NCBI GenBank assembly: GCA_964456225.1
Contig: CAYWAV010000001.1
Span: 24,453-88,452, forward strand
DNA length: 64,000 bases
DNA from: an uncultured Chitinophaga sp.
GTDB taxonomy: Bacteria > Bacteroidota > Bacteroidia > 2-12-FULL-35-15
Direction of reading: 5' to 3'
Of this stretch, positions 9,967 to 17,492 are shown in pieces. Below the pieces are notes generated by a model. The model searched no databases, was not told where the DNA came from, and saw only the letters and a program-made list of their open reading frames with translations. The first letter of the stretch is position 1. Every line of letters begins with the position of its first letter. A program made the translations under genes and the position numbers.

Positions 9967-10227
9967 TGTTGGAATGTATTAAATATGATTTTATAAAGAT
10001 AACAAATAGGCAGATATTAGCTTGTTTTTATATGTAAATTTGTTCAATATTTTCAAACTCTGTAACTCGTCTTCGGAACTGCATACCAAAATAAGACAAA
10101 GGAAATTCATTTGTTAATTTCTTATTCTATAGAATTTTTGGGTATTAAAGATATTCGGTGTCTGTAGAAAACCCTTAAACACCTGCTCCAATTGAAAAAA
10201 ATGGTTTTAAAAAGCGGAAAACTCTAA

Positions 10228-11319
10228 TTAAGTGATCATTTTTTTCAAAATTTCAAGATACTTATCTTTATTGGCTATCAACGAAAAATTTGTCTCAACA
10301 GTTTGCTTTGCTTCCTTCCCTAATTTTTCTCGTAAAATTTTGTTGTTTATTAAAGTCAAAATTGCATCCCTCCATTCTTCATCGGATTTCACCAACAAGC
10401 CATTTTCTTCGGAGGTTATGACTCTAAAGTTGGCACCGATTGCTGTTGCAATGGTTGGAATACCCAATGCCATGTATTGCAATGCTTTTAAACCACTTTT
10501 CCCATAAACCCAGGGTTCATCGGGTAAAGGGTATAAGCCAATGTCGATCTTGCTTAAATCGCATACTTCAGTTGCTGCATTCCAAGGGATAGCAGTTATG
10601 TTAAGACCCTCAACTTTGAAATCAGGGTCTCCGATCACTAAAAGTTCAAATTCTATTTCTTTTTTCAGATCTATAAGAACTGAATCCAAGAGGTGCAAGA
10701 ATTTTGATGTGCTGTGGCTTCCGCTCCACCCCAAAACAATTTTGCCTTTTATGTCATAATCCTTTTTAGGGATATAAACATCCGTATTGATAGTGGATGA
10801 AATGTCGGTGGTATTTGAGTTGTATTTTCTTGCAAACTCATCCAGCATAGGTGTACATGTTATTACATGGTTTGCTTTTTTCATGAGATAAATTGCTTTT
10901 GCTTTACCTTTTAAAAACTTTGATTTTTTATTCGCATCGCTGGTATGTCCTAAAAAGATAAAATCATCAATATCGTACACTATTTTTTTTGCAAACAGAA
11001 CAAACAACCATTCAAAAAAAGTAAATCCCAGTGGAGTTACCCATAAGTGAACGTATACCACATCGTATTTTCTGATAGTGATTAAATCTTTTATTCTGCG
11101 GAGATAGCCTAATAAAGTATAAAATCCTTTTAGAAAAAAATTTCCTTCGTTATAAATAATTTTCCAAAAATGTTCATCTACAAAGGAGCTTGTTGTGATT
11201 TCAAATCCTTCGTTTTTTATGAATGAATAGTATTGCTCATATTTTAAACGCTGACTGGGAGCCTTATCAAAAGGATAGGGCGACAAGAAAAGAATTTTTT
11301 TCTGAGCGGTTTGCGACAT
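10228..11319 (-). CDS. GT-B glycosyltransferase (family 1/4)
   Basis: 363-aa ORF. The C-terminal nucleotide-sugar-binding region is LVIGD...YGKSGLKALQYMALGIPTIAT...ENGLLV. Confidence 0.8.
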   Translation of the reverse strand: MSQTAQKKILFLSPYPFDKAPSQRLKYEQYYSFIKNEGFEITTSSFVDEHFWKIIYNEGNFFLKGFYTLLGYLRRIKDLITIRKYDVVYVHLWVTPLGFTFFEWLFVLFAKKIVYDIDDFIFLGHTSDANKKSKFLKGKAKAIYLMKKANHVITCTPMLDEFARKYNSNTTDISSTINTDVYIPKKDYDIKGKIVLGWSGSHSTSKFLHLLDSVLIDLKKEIEFELLVIGDPDFKVEGLNITAIPWNAATEVCDLSKIDIGLYPLPDEPWVYGKSGLKALQYMALGIPTIATAIGANFRVITSEENGLLVKSDEEWRDAILTLINNKILREKLGKEAKQTVETNFSLIANKDKYLEILKKMIT

Positions 11320-11324
11320 TGAAA

Positions 11325-12596
11325 TTAGTTTAGTAATCGGAGATAAATTTTTTTATACTTTTCTATTCCATCATTTAAATCGTAATATCTTTTTGAAAGT
11401 TCTCTTATCTCACTTGGAGAATAAGTGGAGAAATATTTTGGTAAATGTTCTAAAGCAGTTAAATACGATTCATTAGAAAAATCATTAATCAGCAATCCTC
11501 CTTTTGTGTTTACAATAATATCGTCAACGTCTCCAATTTTTCTATTGCATATAACAGGGATTCCCATTGCCAAAAGCTCTCCTAGCTTTGTTGGAGAGCT
11601 GGATTTTTTAGAATAGGCGGGTTTGATAAAAGATAAACTGATGTTGGAAGCCTTAATGAATTTTGGAACATCTTTCCTTTTAGCGTTCACAATTTTTATA
11701 TCTGTAATTGATATTCCTTTTTGTTTTACAGAAGAAAGTATTGTTGCCTCTTCACCATTGCTTACAAATAAAAATTTCGCATCCGAATAATTAGTCTTGA
11801 TAATTTTAAAAAAGTCAAGCATTTCATTTAGCATGTACCATGTCCCAATTGAACCTAAATAGCTGACAACAAAATCATTTTCATGAAAACCTAAATCTGA
11901 TTTGGAAACAGCTTGTTCTTCCGCTGTTTGCAGTGAAAACAAGTCATAGTCGGCACAACAAGGAATCACATCAATGGGTGCGTTTTTGTAACTTGACCAC
12001 TTTTGCATTTCCTGTTTTCCATTTTCTGTTAACGACACAATTGTGTCAGCTGCTCCAATATAATTTGCTTCTTTTTTTTTGTAAATTTTATAGGCTTGTT
12101 TGTAGATTGGATTTTTTAAATTCCACAAGCCTCCATCTACACGCTCATCCACCCAGAAACCTCGGATGTCAAATAAAAATTTTATTCCAAATTTCTTTTT
12201 TAAATAATAGCCAATTGCAGCAGCAACGTAACTCCGACAATGTACTAATGAGAAGTTATTGAATTTGTGTAAGCGAACGGCTGTGCGTTTAATTTTATTT
12301 AAATCGTAAAATTTGGATAAAATGGGAGGAGAGGAAGTAAAAAAAACATGTTCCCATTTTATGCTATTTGTTTTTAATAAATTGGCAATAAATTCACCTT
12401 GAACTTCAAATTTGTCTTTTTTTTCACAACTTAACAACGTTATGGTATAACCAGCTTTGCTCAAACCAATAAGATAGGGGATAACTTGCGACTGGCCCAA
12501 AGGGTCGGTCATTCCATCATACGAAATATATAGAATATGCTTGTTCAATGTCTGTTTAATACACAAAGATAGTAAGGTAGAAGAAATAGCAATCAA
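11325..12596 (-). CDS. GT-B glycosyltransferase (family 1/4)
   Basis: 423-aa ORF with the conserved N-terminus ILYISYDGMTDPLGQSQVIPYL and C-terminal GELLAMGIPVIC. No ATG precedes the conserved block. Possible starts are TTG at 12596 or TTG at 12548. Confidence 0.75.
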   Translation of the reverse strand: MIAISSTLLSLCIKQTLNKHILYISYDGMTDPLGQSQVIPYLIGLSKAGYTITLLSCEKKDKFEVQGEFIANLLKTNSIKWEHVFFTSSPPILSKFYDLNKIKRTAVRLHKFNNFSLVHCRSYVAAAIGYYLKKKFGIKFLFDIRGFWVDERVDGGLWNLKNPIYKQAYKIYKKKEANYIGAADTIVSLTENGKQEMQKWSSYKNAPIDVIPCCADYDLFSLQTAEEQAVSKSDLGFHENDFVVSYLGSIGTWYMLNEMLDFFKIIKTNYSDAKFLFVSNGEEATILSSVKQKGISITDIKIVNAKRKDVPKFIKASNISLSFIKPAYSKKSSSPTKLGELLAMGIPVICNRKIGDVDDIIVNTKGGLLINDFSNESYLTALEHLPKYFSTYSPSEIRELSKRYYDLNDGIEKYKKIYLRLLN

Positions 12597-12625
12597 ATAA
12601 CTACTTTTGTATTCAAATCAAGAAT

Positions 12626-13207
12626 ATGGAACTCGTCTTCGCAACAGCCAATCAAAATAAAGCCAAAGAAATTCAATCTTTAATTCCAGATTCTATAGAA
12701 ATTTTGAGTCTTAATGACATTCATTGTCTAGAAGAAATCCCTGAAACACAAGCTACAATTGAAGGAAATGCCTCGCAAAAAGCCTTTTATGTGTATGAAA
12801 AATACCAGCAAAACTGTTTTGCGGATGATACAGGCTTGGAGATAGAAGCGTTGAATGGTCAGCCGGGTGTGTTTTCAGCCCGATATGCTGGTGAGGCAAA
12901 AAATGCCAATGATAATATGGATAAAGTGCTGTTAGAATTGAAGGGAATAGATAATCGCAAGGCGCGTTTTAAAACAGTTATCTCATTGGTAATCAACGGA
13001 GAAGAGTTGCAGTTTGAAGGCATAGTCGATGGAACAATTCTAATTGAAAAGCGGGGTGGAAGTGGATTTGGTTACGATCCGATATTTTTACCTGATGGTA
13101 GTAGCAAATCCTTTGCAGAAATGGAATTAGCTGAAAAAAATAAAAACTCTCATAGGGCTGCTGCTGTTAAGAAATTGGTAGAATATTTAATTAAGTTAAA
13201 GTTTTAG
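12626..13207 (+). CDS. rdgB: Non-canonical purine NTP pyrophosphatase (dITP/XTP, Ham1/RdgB family)
   Basis: 193-aa ORF with FATANQNKAKEI, FADDTGLEIEALNGQPGVFSARYAG and GFGYDPIF. Confidence 0.9.
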   Translation: MELVFATANQNKAKEIQSLIPDSIEILSLNDIHCLEEIPETQATIEGNASQKAFYVYEKYQQNCFADDTGLEIEALNGQPGVFSARYAGEAKNANDNMDKVLLELKGIDNRKARFKTVISLVINGEELQFEGIVDGTILIEKRGGSGFGYDPIFLPDGSSKSFAEMELAEKNKNSHRAAAVKKLVEYLIKLKF

Positions 13208-13225
13208 AAGAAGCACTTTCAAGTT

Positions 13226-13262
13226 CCCTTCTCCTTTTCGAGTAGAGGGGCTAGGGGAGAGG
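13226..13262. repeat. GC-rich palindromic mini-repeat, family A, intergenic copy
   Basis: CCCTTCTCCTTTTCGAGTAGAGGGGCTAGGGGAGAGG. Its reverse complement (CCTCTCCCCTAGCCCCTCTAC...GGAGAAGGG) matches the pattern CCTCACCCC-nn-CCCTCTCC-loop-GGAGAGG seen at 15907 and 39880. Confidence 0.7.
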
Positions 13263-13339
13263 TCGCGGTTAATAAACTTGTTGAATACTTGAAGTCATCG
13301 GCTTGAAATAGCCCATCCTTAAGCTTAAATTTGTGGGAT

Positions 13340-16099
13340 ATGAAAATCAAAATAGGAATCATTTTTGGAGGTTTTTCAAAAGAGCGTGAAATATCATTTG
13401 CGGGCGGTAGAACTGTTTACGATAATCTCAATAAATCATTGTTTGAAGCTGTTCCTGTTTTTGTTGACAGTTTCGGAAATTTTGTTTTACTAAACTGGGA
13501 ATTTGTTTACAAAGGCAGTATCCGCGATTTTTATCCGCCTACGGAGTTTATCCCAACTAAAGAGGGGGATTTTCAAATTTATGCTGAGCAAATTGGAAAG
13601 CTATCAGAGGAGCAACAGCTCGAAATGATAAATAAAATAGGAAAGAAGCTTGAGCCGAATGAATTAAAATCACATTTCGATTTTGCTTTTTTATGTTTAC
13701 ACGGATCATATGGAGAAGATGGGAAAATTCAAGGATTGTTTGAATACCTTGGTATCCCTTATTCCGGCTCCGGAATATTGCCTTCAGCTATCGGTATTGA
13801 TAAAAGCGTTCAAAAACGATTGATGGTGAATGCAGGATTTAACAGTCCAAAATTTTTCACCATCGATAGAAACGATTGGATAAATGGAAAACTAAAAGAC
13901 CCATTTGAAAAAGCAAAAACAGAAATGGGATTGCCATTAGTTATAAAACCAGCGAATCAAGGTTCTTCAATTGGAATCAGTATTTTACATGAAGATGATA
14001 ATTTCAAATTCATGGAAGCTGTTGAAAAAGCATTGTTTACTAAATGGCAAGATGCGGCTGAATGGAAAAAGTTAAGTGCTGAAGAAAAAAATGCTTTTGT
14101 AAGAACACTTGCTGATATCCGCGAAGGAATTGGAATGCCGGTGCAAGTTCAAAGTTCAAAGTTGAAAGTTGAAAGTATTATTTATCATCCTCAAGATCTT
14201 ATTACTTATTTAGATAAAATTTTTGAAACTGAAACAGAAGGAGTAATACTTGCCGCATTGGATGGTGAAAGTACAGTTTTGATAGAAGGATTTATTGAAG
14301 GAAAAGAATTTTCTTGTATTGTTGTGCAGGACACGGACTCCCTTCCCTTTGGGGAGGGCAGGGGTGGGGCCATCGCTCTTCCACCTACAGAGATTAGAAA
14401 AGGAAAAGAATTGTTTGACTACCGTTCTAAATATTTGCCAGGATTGTCACGTAAAATTACTCCAATCGATATTCCGAACGAACAAATTCAAGCCATCCGA
14501 AAAGAATGTGAACGATTATTTTATGAATTGAAATTTGATGTGTATGCACGTATTGATGGTTTTATTTCTAAAGAAGGAAAAGTTTTTTTGAATGATCCGA
14601 ATACCACTTCAGGAATGATGCCTTCATCTTTTTTCTTTCATCAAGCCGCGGAAATAGGTTTAAATCCTTCTCAGTTTCTGACCTATATTATCAGAACATC
14701 CTTGGCACAGCGAGTGCTTGCAACAAAGAATAGCGGAGTTTTTGATGCTTTGTTAAATAAATTGGATGCCGATATTATTGAAGACCAAAATTTAATAACT
14801 CAAAAAATAAAAGTAGCTGTAATTCTTGGCGGATATTCTTCTGAACGACACATTTCTGTTGAAAGCGGAAGAAACATTTATGAAAAATTAGCTTCATCTG
14901 CCAAGTATGAACCCATTCCTGTTTTCCTCACAGGAAGCAACGAAGAACATATCATGTATCAGATTCCTGTAAATATTTTGTTGAAGGACAATGCAGATGA
15001 TATAAAAGATAAAATCGATAATTATAAAATTCACGAATTAGTAAAACAAATTATATCTGAAAGTGCTGCTATCACAACCAAATACTCTAACATAGATAAT
15101 TTGGCGAAACCAACTCGTATCACGTATGATGATTTAGCAAAAATGGTTGATTGTGTTTTTATTGCACTACATGGCCGTCCGGGTGAAGATGGTGCAGTAC
15201 AAGCGAACTTAGAGCGAGTTGGTTTGCCATATAACGGCTCAGGAGTTGAGAGTTCACAAATCACTATTGATAAATATCGAACCAACGAAATTTTAAAACA
15301 AAATGGTTTTCTTGTTGCTGAGCATATACTGGTAACAGAAGTCGATTGGAATGCAGATCATGCAAAAGTATTGACTACCATAAAAGATAAAATTCAGTAT
15401 CCATTTATTGCAAAACCAGTGGATGATGGTTGTTCGTCAGCAGTTAAAAAAATAAAAACTCCAAAAGAATTTGAAGCATTTGCAAAATTGATTTTCAGAA
15501 AACAAGAAGCATTGGATGAAGCTGCAGCAAAAGTGCTGCACATTAAAGATAAAGAAGAGTTTCCTCAGAAACCGGTTATCCTTGTTGAAGAATTGATTTC
15601 TAAAAGAGATGCAAAACATTTTATTGAAATCACAGGTGGAATGCTTACAAAATATGATGCCAACGGGAATGTAGAATATGAAGTTTTTGAAGCATCGGAA
15701 GCATTAAGTGAAGGAGAAGTATTGTCTTTGGAAGAAAAATTTTTAGCCGGACAAGGTCAGAACATTACTCCGGCAAGATATTCTAAGGATGCAAAAGAAC
15801 GTCAGCAAATATCGGAAAAGGTAAAAGAAACGTTGGGAGCAGCAGCAAAATTGTTGAACATTAATGGTTATACACGTATTGATGCCTTTGTAAGGATATA
15901 CAATGACCTCACCCCAGCCCTCTCCAAGGGAGAGGAAGTTAAAGTGGATGTTGTTTTTATTGAAGTGAATTCTTTGCCCGGAATGACACCAGCCACCTGC
16001 ATTTTCCATCAAACAGCTATCAATGGTTATAAACCATACGATTTTATTGATCGTATTTTGGATTTTGGTTTTCAAAAACGAAAAATGCTGGCGAAATAG
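13340..16099 (+). CDS. Tandem-duplicated D-alanine--D-alanine ligase-like ATP-grasp protein (two complete Ddl-like modules in one chain)
   Basis: The track ORF starts at TTG 13331, but ATG 13340 (MKIKIGIIFGG) is more likely. Module 1 carries IIFGGFSKEREISFAGG, LHGSYGEDGKIQGLFEYLGIPYSGSG, VIKPANQGSSIGI and ARIDGF...LNDPNTTSGM. Module 2 carries VILGGYSSERHISVESG, LHGRPGEDGAVQANLERVGLPYNGSG, IAKPVDDGCSSAV and TRIDAF...IEVNSLPGMTP. Confidence 0.75.
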   Translation: MKIKIGIIFGGFSKEREISFAGGRTVYDNLNKSLFEAVPVFVDSFGNFVLLNWEFVYKGSIRDFYPPTEFIPTKEGDFQIYAEQIGKLSEEQQLEMINKIGKKLEPNELKSHFDFAFLCLHGSYGEDGKIQGLFEYLGIPYSGSGILPSAIGIDKSVQKRLMVNAGFNSPKFFTIDRNDWINGKLKDPFEKAKTEMGLPLVIKPANQGSSIGISILHEDDNFKFMEAVEKALFTKWQDAAEWKKLSAEEKNAFVRTLADIREGIGMPVQVQSSKLKVESIIYHPQDLITYLDKIFETETEGVILAALDGESTVLIEGFIEGKEFSCIVVQDTDSLPFGEGRGGAIALPPTEIRKGKELFDYRSKYLPGLSRKITPIDIPNEQIQAIRKECERLFYELKFDVYARIDGFISKEGKVFLNDPNTTSGMMPSSFFFHQAAEIGLNPSQFLTYIIRTSLAQRVLATKNSGVFDALLNKLDADIIEDQNLITQKIKVAVILGGYSSERHISVESGRNIYEKLASSAKYEPIPVFLTGSNEEHIMYQIPVNILLKDNADDIKDKIDNYKIHELVKQIISESAAITTKYSNIDNLAKPTRITYDDLAKMVDCVFIALHGRPGEDGAVQANLERVGLPYNGSGVESSQITIDKYRTNEILKQNGFLVAEHILVTEVDWNADHAKVLTTIKDKIQYPFIAKPVDDGCSSAVKKIKTPKEFEAFAKLIFRKQEALDEAAAKVLHIKDKEEFPQKPVILVEELISKRDAKHFIEITGGMLTKYDANGNVEYEVFEASEALSEGEVLSLEEKFLAGQGQNITPARYSKDAKERQQISEKVKETLGAAAKLLNINGYTRIDAFVRIYNDLTPALSKGEEVKVDVVFIEVNSLPGMTPATCIFHQTAINGYKPYDFIDRILDFGFQKRKMLAK
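14144..14176. repeat. Heptamer tandem repeat (AGTTCAA/AGTTGAA, 4 units) inside the Ddl-like ORF, in frame
   Basis: CAAGTTCAAAGTTCAAAGTTGAAAGTTGAAAGT, translated as QVQSSKLKVES. A related AGTTAAA tandem lies at 49777-49816. Confidence 0.7.
14338..14370. repeat. Family A GC-rich palindromic repeat, inverted orientation, in frame in the Ddl-like ORF
   Basis: CTCCCTTCCCTTTGGGGAGGGCAGGGGTGGGGC. The reverse complement is GCCCCACCCCTGCCCTCCCCAAAGGGAAGGGAG. It is translated as SLPFGEGRGGA and is a sharp GC-rich island in an AT-rich gene. Confidence 0.7.
15907..15935. repeat. Family A GC-rich palindromic repeat, forward orientation, in frame in the Ddl-like ORF
   Basis: CCTCACCCCAGCCCTCTCCAAGGGAGAGG, with a 7-bp stem CCTCTCC/GGAGAGG. 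It is translated as LTPALSKGEE. Confidence 0.75.
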
Positions 16100-16129
16100 T
16101 TATCTAATTTTGGGCTAAAATTGTGTGCG

Positions 16130-16526
16130 GTCACCCAGAGCGGAGTCGAAGGGTGTGCGTGAGAATTAAAAACTCCAATTTCTTTATGAAGACACTATAT
16201 GTTTATATTCTGACGTGTTCAGATAGTTCTTTTTATATTGGAGTTACCAACGATTTAGAAATGAGATTTGAGCAACATATTCAGGGAATTAATCGAAATT
16301 GTTACACTTTTCAAGAAGGCCATTGGAGATAGTTTTTTATGAATTATTTAATGATCCTTTATCCGCTATAGCATTTGAGAAGAAGTTGAAAGGTTGGAGC
16401 AAAAAGAAAAAACAAGCCTTAATTAATAGTGATTGGGCTAAACTTAAAGATTTGGCCATTTGCAAGAATCATTCACATTTTAAGAATGTTATCGTTTCCA
16501 CTCCCTTCGACTCCGCTCAGGGTGAC
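16130..16526 (+). mobile_element. GIY-YIG nuclease gene bracketed by 26-bp inverted repeats (putative small mobile or selfish cassette)
   Basis: The left arm is GTCACCCAGAGCGGAGTCGAAGGGTG (16130-16155). The right arm CTCCCTTCGACTCCGCTCAGGGTGAC (16501-16526) has the reverse complement GTCACCCTGAGCGGAGTCGAAGGGAG, a 24/26 match. A related arm pair with no cargo occurs at 49913-49970. Confidence 0.55.
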
Positions 16527-16550
16527 ACAATAATTGAGGTACGTGAATAA
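16186..16550 (+). pseudogene. GIY-YIG (URI-domain, UPF0213-like) nuclease gene split by a single-base frameshift near 16305-16315
   Basis: Frame 1 from ATG 16186 reads MKTLYVYILTCSDSSFYIGVTNDLEMRFEQHIQG..CYTF and then hits a stop. The next frame continues RRPLEIVFYELFNDPLSAIAFEKKLKGWSKKKKQALI. Together these form an intact GIY-YIG domain if one base is restored in ACTTTTCAAGAAGG. The cause could be a sequencing error or a real decay event. Confidence 0.7.
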
Positions 16551-16640
16551 GTTTAATCATTCTGAATAGTAATTTTCGTCTCTAAAAATGCAATTTACCT
16601 ACCTTTCTTTCGTTTCCTTAAAATTCGTACATTCGTAATC

Positions 16641-16648
16641 TAATTTTG
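16641..16648 (+). promoter_or_regulatory. Candidate Bacteroidota -7 promoter box (TAnnTTTG)
   Basis: TAATTTTG lies 14 nt upstream of ATG 16662. No clear -33 TTG was seen. Confidence 0.25.
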
Positions 16649-16661
16649 TTTGCAAACATAT

Positions 16662-17492
16662 ATGTTCAAAGGCTTATTCCAATTTATCAAGAGTAAAACA
16701 TTTCTCATACATTTGGCAATTTACATTGTGTCATTTACATTTATTATGTGGTTGGTTTTTTCTTGGTTAAAATCTACAACTAATCATGGCGAAGTAGTGG
16801 TAGTTCCCGATTTTTCTGGTCTTGGGTTGAAAGAATTAGACAAGTTTGTGACGGATAAAAATTTGAAGTATTTGGTAATAGATTCTATTTACGATACGAA
16901 AGCTAAAAAAGGTGTAGTTGTAAAACAGGAGCCGGAAGCCAATGCAGAAGTCAAAGAAGGAAGAACCATTTATTTATATGTGACTTCTATTTTGCCACCG
17001 AGTATTCTGATGCCAAAGTTGAGAGATTGTTCGTTGCGACAAGCAGCTTCTATGATCACAACTTTTGGTTTGAAATTAGGACGTACGGATTATAAAGCGG
17101 ATCAATGTGCGAATTGTGTATTGGAACAACTGGTGAAAGGCAAAAAAATTGAACCGGGTGCTATTATTCCAAAAGGAACCATCATCGATTTAATTGTTGG
17201 AAAAGGTTTAAGTGATGAAGAAGTGGGTGTTCCTTGTTTGTATGGTTTATCTAGAAAAGAAGCTATTGAAAGGTTAACGGAATCGTCTTTGAGTGTTGGC
17301 TCCGTTGTTTTTGATATACCCAAAGACTCTACAAGTGGAAGAGTTTACCGACAAATTCCTTCTTGCGGAAAAGAAACAAGGATTAACATGGGCGGAACAA
17401 TTGATTTATATTTTACAAGTGATAAGAATAAACTTTTGGCAATGCCAGATACTACAAGTGCTAAAGACGATGATGAGAATTTCGATATATAA
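16662..17492 (+). CDS. PASTA-domain membrane protein (three PASTA repeats)
   Basis: The track ORF starts at TTG 16650, but ATG 16662 is more likely. It has an N-terminal TM helix followed by three repeats of the type VVPDFSGLGLKELDKF...VVKQEPEANAEVKEGRTIYLYV. Confidence 0.8.
   Translation: MFKGLFQFIKSKTFLIHLAIYIVSFTFIMWLVFSWLKSTTNHGEVVVVPDFSGLGLKELDKFVTDKNLKYLVIDSIYDTKAKKGVVVKQEPEANAEVKEGRTIYLYVTSILPPSILMPKLRDCSLRQAASMITTFGLKLGRTDYKADQCANCVLEQLVKGKKIEPGAIIPKGTIIDLIVGKGLSDEEVGVPCLYGLSRKEAIERLTESSLSVGSVVFDIPKDSTSGRVYRQIPSCGKETRINMGGTIDLYFTSDKNKLLAMPDTTSAKDDDENFDI

Noticed and set aside
9967-10227. The 260-bp non-coding gap inside the glycan locus as a site of a regulatory RNA or a clear internal promoter.
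   Set aside because: I found only a near-match to the -7 consensus (TTATTTTG) and no convincing structure. It probably holds a promoter for the CDP-sugar operon, but I cannot support specific coordinates.
16123-16185. N-terminal extension MCGHPERSRRVCVRIKNSNFF of the GIY-YIG ORF.
   Set aside because: It is simply the translation of the left inverted-repeat arm. The conserved GIY-YIG domain starts at MKTLYVYIL (16186).
17293-17469. 59-codon N-terminal extension of the T9SS cargo ORF, overlapping the PASTA gene.
   Set aside because: The extension has no signal peptide and lies inside the PASTA coding region. The internal MMRISIYKICFLL... start at 17470 gives a canonical signal peptide.
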